From positions 87,441 through 151,440 of the forward strand of contig CANFJX010000007.1 in the NCBI GenBank assembly GCA_947447665.1: DNA of 64,000 nt, given 5' to 3'. This document shows positions 28,097 through 36,592 of this stretch, piece by piece. The notes below the pieces were generated by a model. That model was not told where the DNA came from. It saw only the letters and a program-made list of their open reading frames with translations, and ran no database searches. Made by a program: the position numbers and the translations under genes. This DNA comes from Bacteriovoracaceae bacterium (GTDB lineage: Bacteria > Bdellovibrionota > UBA1018). Each line of letters starts with the position of its first letter. The first letter of the stretch is position 1.

Positions 28097-28998
28097 AAAA
28101 GAGTGCAACCCCGCAGAGTTCGATCGTCGGTCGCGAAGCAGAGCTCTTGCGTCTGAGAGCTTGTCTGAGGGCTGGAAAAAATGTTTTGCTTGAGGGGCCT
28201 GTCGGAGTCGGCAAAACGAGTCTGGCCTTAGAAATCACCCGAGAGCTGAAGAGCCTGGTTTTTCGAGTGGATGGGGATAATCGCTATTCCGAGCAGAAGT
28301 TGTCCGGATGGTTTGATCCTCCGAGTGTGATTCAGAAGGGATATACGGCAGAGACTTTTATGCCAGGGCCGCTCGTAGAGGCCATGCAAAAAGGTGGAGT
28401 GCTTTTTATAAATGAGTTGAACCGATTGCCTGAGGGCGTACAGAACGTTCTTCTCCCAGCTATCGATGAGCGGCTCATTGAGGTTCCGAGACTTGGGGAG
28501 ATTCGCGCTGAGAGGGGATTTCTAGTTATTGCCACCCAAAATCCAAAGGAATTTGTGGCGACCTCGCATTTGAGTGAGGCTGTTCTGGATCGCTTCGAGC
28601 TGATTGTTCTGGACTATCAGACTGAAGAGGAGGAGACCGAGATTGTTGCCCAACGATTAGCTCCGGGGTCCTCTGATATTCTTGAGGATCGACGACTGGC
28701 TCAGGCATCCGTTAAATTGATTCGCCTCACTCGTGACCATCCCCGAGTTCGCAGAGGTGCGTCCGTGCGAGCAGCACTGAGTGTCGCTGAGATTACGAAA
28801 GAACTTGTCTCATCAGGAATGTCGATGGAGGAGGCCTTTCTTCAAGCCGCACTTCTCGCTCTTCCGACTCGAATCGAGTTTGAGAGGGACGCCGAATCGG
28901 ACTTAACGCTTCGTGCAGAGATGGAAGCTTTACTCAAGGAGTGGACCGATCTCGTTTGGCAGGAGTTGGCGGATCCGTCCTTAAAAAAAAAACGCTAG
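28093..28998 (+). CDS. MoxR-like AAA+ ATPase (frame-0 product)
   Basis: Walker A GPVGVGKT, Walker B-like LFINE-LNR, ATQNP, EAVLDRF and GASVRA; GTGA overlap with the kamE stop. Confidence 0.9.
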   Translation: MKKSATPQSSIVGREAELLRLRACLRAGKNVLLEGPVGVGKTSLALEITRELKSLVFRVDGDNRYSEQKLSGWFDPPSVIQKGYTAETFMPGPLVEAMQKGGVLFINELNRLPEGVQNVLLPAIDERLIEVPRLGEIRAERGFLVIATQNPKEFVATSHLSEAVLDRFELIVLDYQTEEEETEIVAQRLAPGSSDILEDRRLAQASVKLIRLTRDHPRVRRGASVRAALSVAEITKELVSSGMSMEEAFLQAALLALPTRIEFERDAESDLTLRAEMEALLKEWTDLVWQELADPSLKKKR

Positions 28999-29028
28999 CT
29001 TCAGAGCCAGCTTTGGCTGAGCCGAGCG
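28983..29028 (+). other. Candidate programmed -1 frameshift or transcriptional slippage site (A10 run plus downstream stem-loop)
   Basis: TTA AAA AAA AAA CGC TAG in frame 0; the -1 frame reads on into the vWA ORF; AGCCA-gctt-TGGCT stem at 29005-29018. Confidence 0.65.
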
Positions 29029-30020
29029 GGCATGCTTTTAAAAGTTCACTCAGTTTCTCGAAGGAAGTTTACCAACGCTCGGAGCCTCTGTTTTTCCCAC
29101 CGGAGGCTTTTGGGAACGTATTTAGCTCCGAAGCAGATGAGGACCACCCAGAATTTAAGGGCTCCAATCACTGGGATATTGCTACTCGCTACCACGAGTT
29201 TAAGGGCAAACGAGTGAGCCAGAATCTGATTCGCAAGCTCAGGGCGTTATCAGCGCAGGCCATTTTAGATCGAGCCCAAGAAGTGTTGGGTTCAGTCGTG
29301 CATCCCTTTCATCGTCATACCTCTCTCTGGAATGATGTGCCCGCCCAGGCGATGGATGTCGATTTTGATTTGGATGAGACCTTGGAACTCTCTCCATTGG
29401 TACTTAAGGATGCTACGACTCGCGAGGCGAGTCGCTTTCCGTTGACTGAACAGGATCTCTGGATGAGTTATTCAGTTCGCCGTACCCAACCCTTGGTCAT
29501 AACTGTTGATACGAGTCTTTCAATGACGGGAGAAAAGCTCGCTCTCACAGCAGTTGCGATTGCTGTGGTACTTCTAGAGTTTCCTGAGGATCCGATCGGC
29601 ATCGTCGCGTTCGAGAATGAGGCTAAGATCTTGAAGCGCCCCGATGAGAAGATTTCGATTCCTCAGTTGGTTGAAAGATTTTTGGACGTTCCGGCTCAAG
29701 GTTATACCCACCTCGAAGAGGGCATGAAGTGCGCCCTCAAGCTTGTTCAGGAAGTTCAGAAAATGGGAAGTGGGAAAATCCCCTCCACTGTCCTTCTTAC
29801 AGATGGAAAATACACCGCAGGTAGAGACCCTGCCTACCTTGCACCTCGGTTTCCTCACCTAGTAATTCTCAAAATGGGTCGAGAGACCTCGAGCCTAGAG
29901 CTTTGCTTGGAAATGGCAAGGAAGGGCAGTGGAGCCCTGCGTGAAGTCGAGGATCTCAACTCGCTACCTAAGGTCATGTATGGCGTGGTCAAGGACCTCA
30001 TCCGCGGCCGTCGGAGCTAG
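28992..30020 (+). CDS. von Willebrand factor A (MIDAS) domain protein, probably the C-terminal part of an AAA+-vWA fusion
   Basis: MIDAS elements VDTSLSM, GYTHL and LLTDG; no well-spaced SD or start (ORF track begins at GTG 28941). Confidence 0.85.
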   Translation, partial: TLASEPALAEPSGHAFKSSLSFSKEVYQRSEPLFFPPEAFGNVFSSEADEDHPEFKGSNHWDIATRYHEFKGKRVSQNLIRKLRALSAQAILDRAQEVLGSVVHPFHRHTSLWNDVPAQAMDVDFDLDETLELSPLVLKDATTREASRFPLTEQDLWMSYSVRRTQPLVITVDTSLSMTGEKLALTAVAIAVVLLEFPEDPIGIVAFENEAKILKRPDEKISIPQLVERFLDVPAQGYTHLEEGMKCALKLVQEVQKMGSGKIPSTVLLTDGKYTAGRDPAYLAPRFPHLVILKMGRETSSLELCLEMARKGSGALREVEDLNSLPKVMYGVVKDLIRGRRS

Positions 30021-30037
30021 GGGGAAGCTTAAATGAG

Positions 30038-30066
30038 CTGACTAAACCTATAGATGGACTTAGAGT
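30038..30066 (+). promoter_or_regulatory. Sigma70-type promoter, leaderless candidate
   Basis: CTGACT-N17-TAGAGT, 6 nt before ATG 30073; no SD. Confidence 0.45.
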
Positions 30067-30072
30067 AGATTA

Positions 30073-30522
30073 ATGAAGCTCCTCACTCAGCTGTCTTTTT
30101 CTCTCATGGGTTCCCTATTTCTGTGCTCCCATCTTTATGCTGCTCAGGGAAAGCACCCTGTAGCTTCCCGGAACAGGGTTGATGCCAGGATTCAGCTCAA
30201 CGTAACCTTCGGTGCTAAAACCACAGAGTTTCTCATTACTCAAGACCACGGAGGTGTCCGCTATTCGGTTCGAATTAATCAGGAAAAACCGATTGAAAAA
30301 AAGAGTGACAGGGCCGATCTAGCTTATCTTCTGCAAAAATTCAAACATCTCCCGCCTCAACTTGAGGCTTCAGATCGCTGCGCTAAACAGCGCGTCGATG
30401 TTAAGGTGGTTGGAATCCCAGGACAGAATCATTATGAGAGCTCAGCGTGCCTGGATGAGAATACCGACACGGCCCGAGAACTTCTTGAAATTGCCAATTT
30501 GCTGTCCTACTGGGTGGGTTGA
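30073..30522 (+). CDS. Secreted hypothetical protein
   Basis: Sec-type signal peptide (…HLYAA); two Cys in the mature part. Confidence 0.7.
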   Translation: MKLLTQLSFSLMGSLFLCSHLYAAQGKHPVASRNRVDARIQLNVTFGAKTTEFLITQDHGGVRYSVRINQEKPIEKKSDRADLAYLLQKFKHLPPQLEASDRCAKQRVDVKVVGIPGQNHYESSACLDENTDTARELLEIANLLSYWVG

Positions 30523-30616
30523 TCATGCGCGACGAGTCATAGAAATCTTATTTCCAGAAAACTGCGCTATGCTATAATTACGCTACACGTATTCATTTGA
30601 TTGAGGGGGATGGTTA

Positions 30617-30820
30617 ATGCTCGACGATTATAAACTCAAAGGCCAAAAAACAAAAATTGAAGCAGAACTTGAAGCCGACATTGCTGACAAATTATCTAAA
30701 ATGGCGCAGCACATGAAGCTCTCATCATCTGAGATTGTGAATACTGCACTCAAGCGATTTATTGCTTCGCATCACGACTTTCTCCCTCCCGGGGAGCTAA
30801 GTAAAGCAAAGCGATCGTAG
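30617..30820 (+). CDS. Small ribbon-helix-helix-like protein
   Basis: Strand-helix-helix pattern (KIEAEL...DKLSKMA...SSSEIVNTALKRF); GAGGGG SD; TGnTATAAT upstream. Confidence 0.7.
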   Translation: MLDDYKLKGQKTKIEAELEADIADKLSKMAQHMKLSSSEIVNTALKRFIASHHDFLPPGELSKAKRS

Positions 30821-30854
30821 TAGTCGACCGCTTTGCCCGTCATTGTGAGATCTT

Positions 30855-32831
30855 TTAGGGAGTGGACTGGTCGATCAACTCGGCTATGTCCATCACCTTG
30901 ACCTTGTCCTGCATTTCTTTAGATTTAACGCCGTCGGTGAGCATAGTCATGCAGAAAGGGCAGGATGATGCGACAATTCCTGCTCGGGTCTCGAGAGCCT
31001 GTTCGGTTCGTTTAACGTTAATTCGGGTCCCAATTTTTTCTTCCATCCACATTCGCCCGCCGCCGGCACCACAGCACATGCTGTCGTCGTGATTGCTCTT
31101 CATCTCTACCAAGTTAATGGAGGGCAAGGACTGGAGAACGGCTCGGGGCTGTTCGTAGACGCTGTTCCAACGCCCGAGATAGCAGCTGTCATGGAAAGTG
31201 ACTGATTCATCCAATGTCTTAGTTGGCTTGATTTTACCCTGAGTTACCAGTTGGGCGATGAATTGGGAGTGATGGTGGACCTCGTAATGGCCGCCAAAGT
31301 CCTTATATTCGTTTTTGATTGTGTTGAAACAGTGTGGGCAGGCCGTTACGATTTTTTTGACTTGGTAACGATTGAGGGTCTCAATGTTGGCTTTAGCGAG
31401 GGTTTGGTAAAGGTACTCGTTACCGATTCTTCGCGCCGGATCTCCCGTGCACTGTTCTTCTGTTCCAAGAATAGCAAATTTCACATTCGCCTTCTTGAGG
31501 ATGCTTGCAAAGGCTCGGAGGACTTTTTTATTTCGATCATCATAAGAGCCAGCGCATCCAACCCAAAGGAGTACATCTACTTGCGAGTCCTCGGCCATGG
31601 TCTTGACATTTAATCCCTCGGCCCAGTTGCCTCGGTCCGAGGATGCAAATGCCCACGGGCTAGCGTTGTTTTCCATGTTCTTAAAAACAGTCTGAACTTC
31701 CGCAGGAAACTTAGACTCCATCATGACGAGATTGCGACGGATGTCATAGATCTTATCCGTGTGCTCGATAAAGACTGGACACGCGATCTCACAAGCTCGG
31801 CATGAGGTACAAGCCCAAATCACGTCTTCGGTTAGATGTTGATCAATGATTGGAGACACTTCTTCCAGCTTCCCGGCAAGAATTTTTTCCTTATTGTGAT
31901 AAAGATTGTTCTTCAAATCTAGAATCAGCATTTTTGGGGTGAGCGGTTTTCCTGTATTATGGGCCGGGCAGACATCTTGGCAGCGGCCACACTCTGTACA
32001 TGAGTAATAATCCAACGCGTCTTTCCAACTCAAGTCAGTTATTTTGGCAGCCCCATATTGCTGAACGGATTCGTCCTCGAATGGAATCGGTTTCATCGCT
32101 TTTTCGCGAGGAAGTGTTTTCAGAAAGGTATTCGGTCCAGCAGCTACGATATGGAGATGTTTAGAGCTCGGGATATAAATCGCAAAGCTGAGCACGATAC
32201 TCATGTGTACCCATTTAAAAAGGGTACTAAGAGCCCCGTTGAACTCGGGAGTCAGTCCAAGATCCTTTAAGAAATAGGCGACCAAGCGAGAGATAGGCAT
32301 CGAGCTCTGGTACCAAGGCTCCGCGCTTAAAATATGAAATCCATTCATCAAAAGAATTGAAATCATCAGGGAGCCAGTCAGAGTTAGAACGATGGTGGCA
32401 TCCTTAGACTTGCCTAGGCCCTCGGGACGGATAATCAATCTACGGTAAAAGGCGTAGCCCACAGCAAGTAGTACTAGAAGAGTAAGAATGTCTTGCACCA
32501 TGACTAGGGCGGAGTAGGCGCCTTCTCCGATGAACTCAAAACTAGCGCCTTGGTATAAAGTGCCAGCGAACTGTTCTAGCGTTCCCACAGTGATGATGAG
32601 GAATCCCCAGAAGATGGTCGCATGCATGATGCCTGCAGCTCTTTTTTTGAGTACTGCTTTCTGACCCAGGACATTAGCGATCGTTGTCAGAATTCGCTCT
32701 GGAATGCGATCCAGTCGATTGGCCTTCCCTTGATGATTTTTCATCAAACGATAGAGGAGACTGAATCGGTAGCCTGAATAACTAAAAGTAGACCCTGCCA
32801 GCACTAAGAATAGATAAGTTTGCCATGTCAT
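30855..32831 (-). CDS. fadF: Membrane Fe-S oxidoreductase, FadF/HdrD-like (putative ETF:quinone oxidoreductase)
   Basis: N-terminal TM cytochrome-b-like domain, two CxxCxxCxxxCP ferredoxin motifs, two CCG domains; adjacent to etfAB. Confidence 0.88.
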   Translation of the reverse strand: MTWQTYLFLVLAGSTFSYSGYRFSLLYRLMKNHQGKANRLDRIPERILTTIANVLGQKAVLKKRAAGIMHATIFWGFLIITVGTLEQFAGTLYQGASFEFIGEGAYSALVMVQDILTLLVLLAVGYAFYRRLIIRPEGLGKSKDATIVLTLTGSLMISILLMNGFHILSAEPWYQSSMPISRLVAYFLKDLGLTPEFNGALSTLFKWVHMSIVLSFAIYIPSSKHLHIVAAGPNTFLKTLPREKAMKPIPFEDESVQQYGAAKITDLSWKDALDYYSCTECGRCQDVCPAHNTGKPLTPKMLILDLKNNLYHNKEKILAGKLEEVSPIIDQHLTEDVIWACTSCRACEIACPVFIEHTDKIYDIRRNLVMMESKFPAEVQTVFKNMENNASPWAFASSDRGNWAEGLNVKTMAEDSQVDVLLWVGCAGSYDDRNKKVLRAFASILKKANVKFAILGTEEQCTGDPARRIGNEYLYQTLAKANIETLNRYQVKKIVTACPHCFNTIKNEYKDFGGHYEVHHHSQFIAQLVTQGKIKPTKTLDESVTFHDSCYLGRWNSVYEQPRAVLQSLPSINLVEMKSNHDDSMCCGAGGGRMWMEEKIGTRINVKRTEQALETRAGIVASSCPFCMTMLTDGVKSKEMQDKVKVMDIAELIDQSTP

Positions 32832-32840
32832 AGCGAACTG

Positions 32841-32869
32841 ATCTTAATCAGAACAGAACTTGAATACAA
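32841..32869 (-). promoter_or_regulatory. Sigma70-type promoter, near-leaderless
   Basis: TTGTAT-N17-TAAGAT, 9 nt before ATG 32831; no SD. Confidence 0.55.
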
Positions 32870-32937
32870 CCTGCATTTATTGCAGATGGCATCGAGAGCT
32901 CGAACGGTTAATGTCCGCACTCTGCGGGTTGCCGAGG

Positions 32938-33906
32938 TCAGTGCTCTTTAATTTTTTTGAGCTCTTCACGTAGGAGTGGGATAATCGCAAATAAGTCACC
33001 CACGAGTCCATAATCAGCGAGCTGGAAAATAGGGGCCTCTGGATCAGTATTGATCGCTACAATGACTTTTGAGGTTCTCATCCCGGCCAGATGCTGAATG
33101 GCTCCGCTAATTCCGCAGGCAATGTAGAGTGACGGAGAGACAACCTTCCCGGTCTGGCCTACTTGGTCGCGGTGGGGACGGAAGCCGGCATCAACGGCTG
33201 CCCGAGATGCTCCGACGGCAGCCCCAATCACGTCGGCTGTGTCTTCCAGGATTTTGAAATTCTCCGCGTTCTTGAGAGATCGGCCACCTGAGATGACGAT
33301 GGAGGCCTCGGTGACGTCGGGTCTTGCACTGTTCCCTTTCACCACCTCAATAACTCGCGTCGCGAGTGTTCCGAGATCTACGCTAGTTGTCGAGATCTCA
33401 GCGGTTTTAGAAGTATCGGGTTTGGGGATTCCTAATGCGTTTTGTCGGAAAGTTGCAACGCGAGGTCCAGAACCCAAAAATTCGACCTCAACGGTTGCTT
33501 TGCCAGCATAAACAGGCCGCCTGACCTTGATTTGATCCCCTTCGAAGGTCAGTTGAGTGCAATCACTGGCCAGACCGACACCGAGCTTGGCGGCGAGCCG
33601 AGGCATGAGATCCCGTCCGGTCGGAGTGTGGCTGGCCAAGATTACCGAGGGAGAAAGTGATTGAATGAGCGGAAAGAGGATTTTCGAGTAAGCCTCTGAA
33701 GTGTAAAATTTTAAGCCAGCATTTTCAGCCAAGTGAACTTTTTTTGCGCCGTAATGGGCAAGCTCCTGAGCCAGTCCAGCGACGCCTTCGCCGAGCAGGG
33801 CCACATGAGTTTCATTTCCGGCGGCTGCCGAAGCCCCGACGAGCTCGAAAGTTGATCTTTTAAGTCGCCCGTCCCGTTGTTCTGCGATCACTAATACTTT
33901 GCTCAT
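32938..33906 (-). CDS. etfA: Electron transfer flavoprotein alpha subunit
   Basis: GASRAAVDAG, QVGQTGKVV.P.LYIACGISGAIQHLAGM. Confidence 0.97.
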   Translation of the reverse strand: MSKVLVIAEQRDGRLKRSTFELVGASAAAGNETHVALLGEGVAGLAQELAHYGAKKVHLAENAGLKFYTSEAYSKILFPLIQSLSPSVILASHTPTGRDLMPRLAAKLGVGLASDCTQLTFEGDQIKVRRPVYAGKATVEVEFLGSGPRVATFRQNALGIPKPDTSKTAEISTTSVDLGTLATRVIEVVKGNSARPDVTEASIVISGGRSLKNAENFKILEDTADVIGAAVGASRAAVDAGFRPHRDQVGQTGKVVSPSLYIACGISGAIQHLAGMRTSKVIVAINTDPEAPIFQLADYGLVGDLFAIIPLLREELKKIKEH

Positions 33907-33908
33907 AA

Positions 33909-34682
33909 TCACACTACCTTTGCTTCTTCATGTAAGAGTCGGACGAGTTCTTTTGCTTGCGCAGCTGGATCACCACTAATCTTTTTACCGGCCTGCTTCG
34001 GTGGTGGCAGCTGGAAGTTTTTGTATCTGATTTTTTGATCAGCTTCGGAAGTTCCAACGTCGCTCGGCTTAAGCGTTTTCACTTCCTTCTTTTTTGCCTT
34101 CATAATATTTGGCAAACTTGCGTATCTTGGTTCGTTCAGGCCCTTTTGAGCAGCGATTAAAAGAGGGAAGGAGGCTTCAACCATTTCAAATGAGCCGCCC
34201 TCGATTTCACGCTTACACCTCACGCCAGAAGGTAAGTACTCTGTGCCTAAAACTACCGTAACAGAGGGAATTCCCAGGTATTCAGCGACGAGCTGGCTGA
34301 CTTGGGCAGCACCATCATCAATGGCCTCTTTGCCAGTGAAAATTACGTCAAACTTGCTTTCCTTTTTGAGAGCTCCAGCGATCGACTTGGCGACCCAATT
34401 GTTATCTGCACTTTCGGGAAGGTCGACATGAATCGCTGAGTCAGCGCCCATGGCCAAGGCCGTTCTCATCGCCTCAACCACTCGGACAGGTCCAGCAGAA
34501 ACCACGGTAGCGGTACTCCCTGGATTTTTATCCCTCAGGCGGAGTGCTTCCTCAATGGCGAGTTCGTCATAGGGAGATACAATCCATTTGATCCCCGTGG
34601 TGTCGATCCCATTTTGGTCAGCATTGAGCTTAATTTTAGTTTCAGTGTCAGGCACTTGCTTTATGCAAACATAAATATTCAT
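33909..34682 (-). CDS. etfB: Electron transfer flavoprotein beta subunit
   Basis: MNIYVCIKQVPDT, ALAMGAD and NEPRYASL; AAGGA SD before ATG 34682. Confidence 0.97.
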   Translation of the reverse strand: MNIYVCIKQVPDTETKIKLNADQNGIDTTGIKWIVSPYDELAIEEALRLRDKNPGSTATVVSAGPVRVVEAMRTALAMGADSAIHVDLPESADNNWVAKSIAGALKKESKFDVIFTGKEAIDDGAAQVSQLVAEYLGIPSVTVVLGTEYLPSGVRCKREIEGGSFEMVEASFPLLIAAQKGLNEPRYASLPNIMKAKKKEVKTLKPSDVGTSEADQKIRYKNFQLPPPKQAGKKISGDPAAQAKELVRLLHEEAKVV

Positions 34683-34692
34683 AGTTTCCTTC

Positions 34693-35868
34693 TTATACCG
34701 AGACTTGGAGTGCTTGCGCAACTTGTTTTAGAATTTCAATATCAGAGCAGAGCGTAAACCGGACGTATCCTTCACCTTCACTGCCGAACCCAGTCCCCGG
34801 GGTGGAAATAATCCCTTTTTCTCGGATGAGGTTCATGACAAAATCTTCTGATTTTTGGCTTCCTGGAAGTTTGGCCCATGCGTAGAAGGTTGCTTCAGGC
34901 AGTGGGCAATCCAAACCGATCGCTTGAAGGGCTGGAACTAAAACATCCCGGCGTTTTTGGTAAATCGCTCGGAGCTCCGTACAAAAGGGTTCAGAGTGAT
35001 CCAGGGCCTCAGTTCCCGCTTCTTGGCAGGCGTTAAAAATCCCAGAGTCAATATTGGTTTTCACTTGGGCCAACGCTTCGATAATTTTGGAATTACCCGC
35101 GACGAAGCCAACTCGCCAGCCCGTCATATTAAATGTTTTTGATAAGCTGTGAAATTCGCATCCGATATCTCGAGCACCAGGCACTTCGAGGAAGCTGAGT
35201 TGCTTTTTCCCGTCGAAGTAAATTTCAGAGTAAGCATTGTCATGGCAAACGATGATCTGATGCTTCTTAGCGAACTTGACGACTTCTTCAAAAAATCCGT
35301 AGCTCGCCGAAGCAGAGGTGGGATTGTTCGGGTAGTTTAGGAATAAGAGTCGGACTTTTGGTCCCTTTTTGACCAGGGTTTCAAGTTCTGCAAAATCGGG
35401 AAGAAATTGATTTTTTTGCCTGAGTCCGAATTGGAGAGATACACCCCCTGCAAAAGAAGTCGCTGTTTGGTAGACGGGGTATCCTGGGTTTGGGACCAGA
35501 ACCGCCTCACCCGGATTAACAAACGCTAGAGGAATGTGAGCAATTCCCTCTTTTGAGCCAATGAGTGCAAGTACCTCATTTTCAGGATTGAGTTGCACTC
35601 CAAAGCGCCGCTCATACCAACTCGCGGCGGCTTTTCTGAACTCAATCATGCCCCAATAAGAGGGGTACTGATGGTTCTGGGGCTTTTTGGCGGCTGAGAC
35701 CAGCCGGTCGATAATGAACTGCGGAGTAGGTAAGTCAGGATCCCCAATTCCGAGCGGAACGAGCTTGCGACCCTTTTTTAATTCCTCTTGTTTGATTTTA
35801 TCGATTCGAGCAAATATGTACGGCGGTAGTTGCTTGATTCGATCAGCTACTTCAAAAGTGGTTGCCAT
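34693..35868 (-). CDS. dapL: LL-diaminopimelate aminotransferase (class I/II PLP)
   Basis: LGIGDPD, GSKEGIAH, NYPNNPT and SLSKTFNMTGWRVG; in an operon with dapA, dapB and lysA. Confidence 0.8.
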   Translation of the reverse strand: MATTFEVADRIKQLPPYIFARIDKIKQEELKKGRKLVPLGIGDPDLPTPQFIIDRLVSAAKKPQNHQYPSYWGMIEFRKAAASWYERRFGVQLNPENEVLALIGSKEGIAHIPLAFVNPGEAVLVPNPGYPVYQTATSFAGGVSLQFGLRQKNQFLPDFAELETLVKKGPKVRLLFLNYPNNPTSASASYGFFEEVVKFAKKHQIIVCHDNAYSEIYFDGKKQLSFLEVPGARDIGCEFHSLSKTFNMTGWRVGFVAGNSKIIEALAQVKTNIDSGIFNACQEAGTEALDHSEPFCTELRAIYQKRRDVLVPALQAIGLDCPLPEATFYAWAKLPGSQKSEDFVMNLIREKGIISTPGTGFGSEGEGYVRFTLCSDIEILKQVAQALQVSV

Positions 35869-35869
35869 C

Positions 35870-36592
35870 TTAAGATACTCCTAGGGATTCAGTTTTAAGG
35901 GATTCAAAATAATCGCTCATCCCCAGGGTTTTGTTTGTTTGGGGAGGTGCTTGAGTAAGCCATTTTGCTACTTGGATGGCGCCTCGGGCAAAGATCGATC
36001 GATCCTGAGCATGATGCGAGAGGGTGATTTGATCCCCAGCGCCGAAGAAGGTAACTTCATGGTCGCCGATGACTTCGCCGGCTCGGATGCTCTGAGTCTG
36101 GATCTGGTCCGGATTTTGAGGGCTGATGGACTTTTGAAGGGTTCGCGCTGTTCCACTCGGGGCATCTTTTTTGTGACAGTGGTGTCGCTCAATGATGACT
36201 GGAGTGTATTCTAGCTTTTTGAATAAGGGCGCATAATCCTTTAGAATCATCGAGAGAGCAAATACCCCAGATGAGAAATTCGAGGCGACTAAGACGGGCG
36301 TGAGTTGGGAAAGGCTTTCGATGACGGCGTAATCTTCTGGAGCCCAGCCCGTGCTACCTACTACGAATCTTGGCAGATTTTTTGCTCTCTTCACTGCCAA
36401 AGATGCGAGTTGAGCCATCACTGGGGGAAGCGACACGTCAATGACAACATCAGTGGATAGAAGAGGCTCGAGTGAGTCCCCCTTTCGAGCAAAGGCGACT
36501 ACTTCGATTTCTGATTTGAACTCCGACTGAATCAGGCTGGTGATGAGAGTGCCCATCCGGCCAGTGGCCCCAAGAAGTCCTAGGCGAATCAT
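35870..36592 (-). CDS. dapB: 4-hydroxy-tetrahydrodipicolinate reductase
   Basis: GATGRMG, VGSTG, ERHH..KKDAPSGTA and FARGA. Confidence 0.95.
   Translation of the reverse strand: MIRLGLLGATGRMGTLITSLIQSEFKSEIEVVAFARKGDSLEPLLSTDVVIDVSLPPVMAQLASLAVKRAKNLPRFVVGSTGWAPEDYAVIESLSQLTPVLVASNFSSGVFALSMILKDYAPLFKKLEYTPVIIERHHCHKKDAPSGTARTLQKSISPQNPDQIQTQSIRAGEVIGDHEVTFFGAGDQITLSHHAQDRSIFARGAIQVAKWLTQAPPQTNKTLGMSDYFESLKTESLGVS

Noticed and set aside
28941-28991. GTG 28941 as an independent start of the vWA gene
   Set aside because: AAGGA abuts the codon with zero spacing, and it would need a 58-nt overlap; possible but less well supported than recoding at the A10 run
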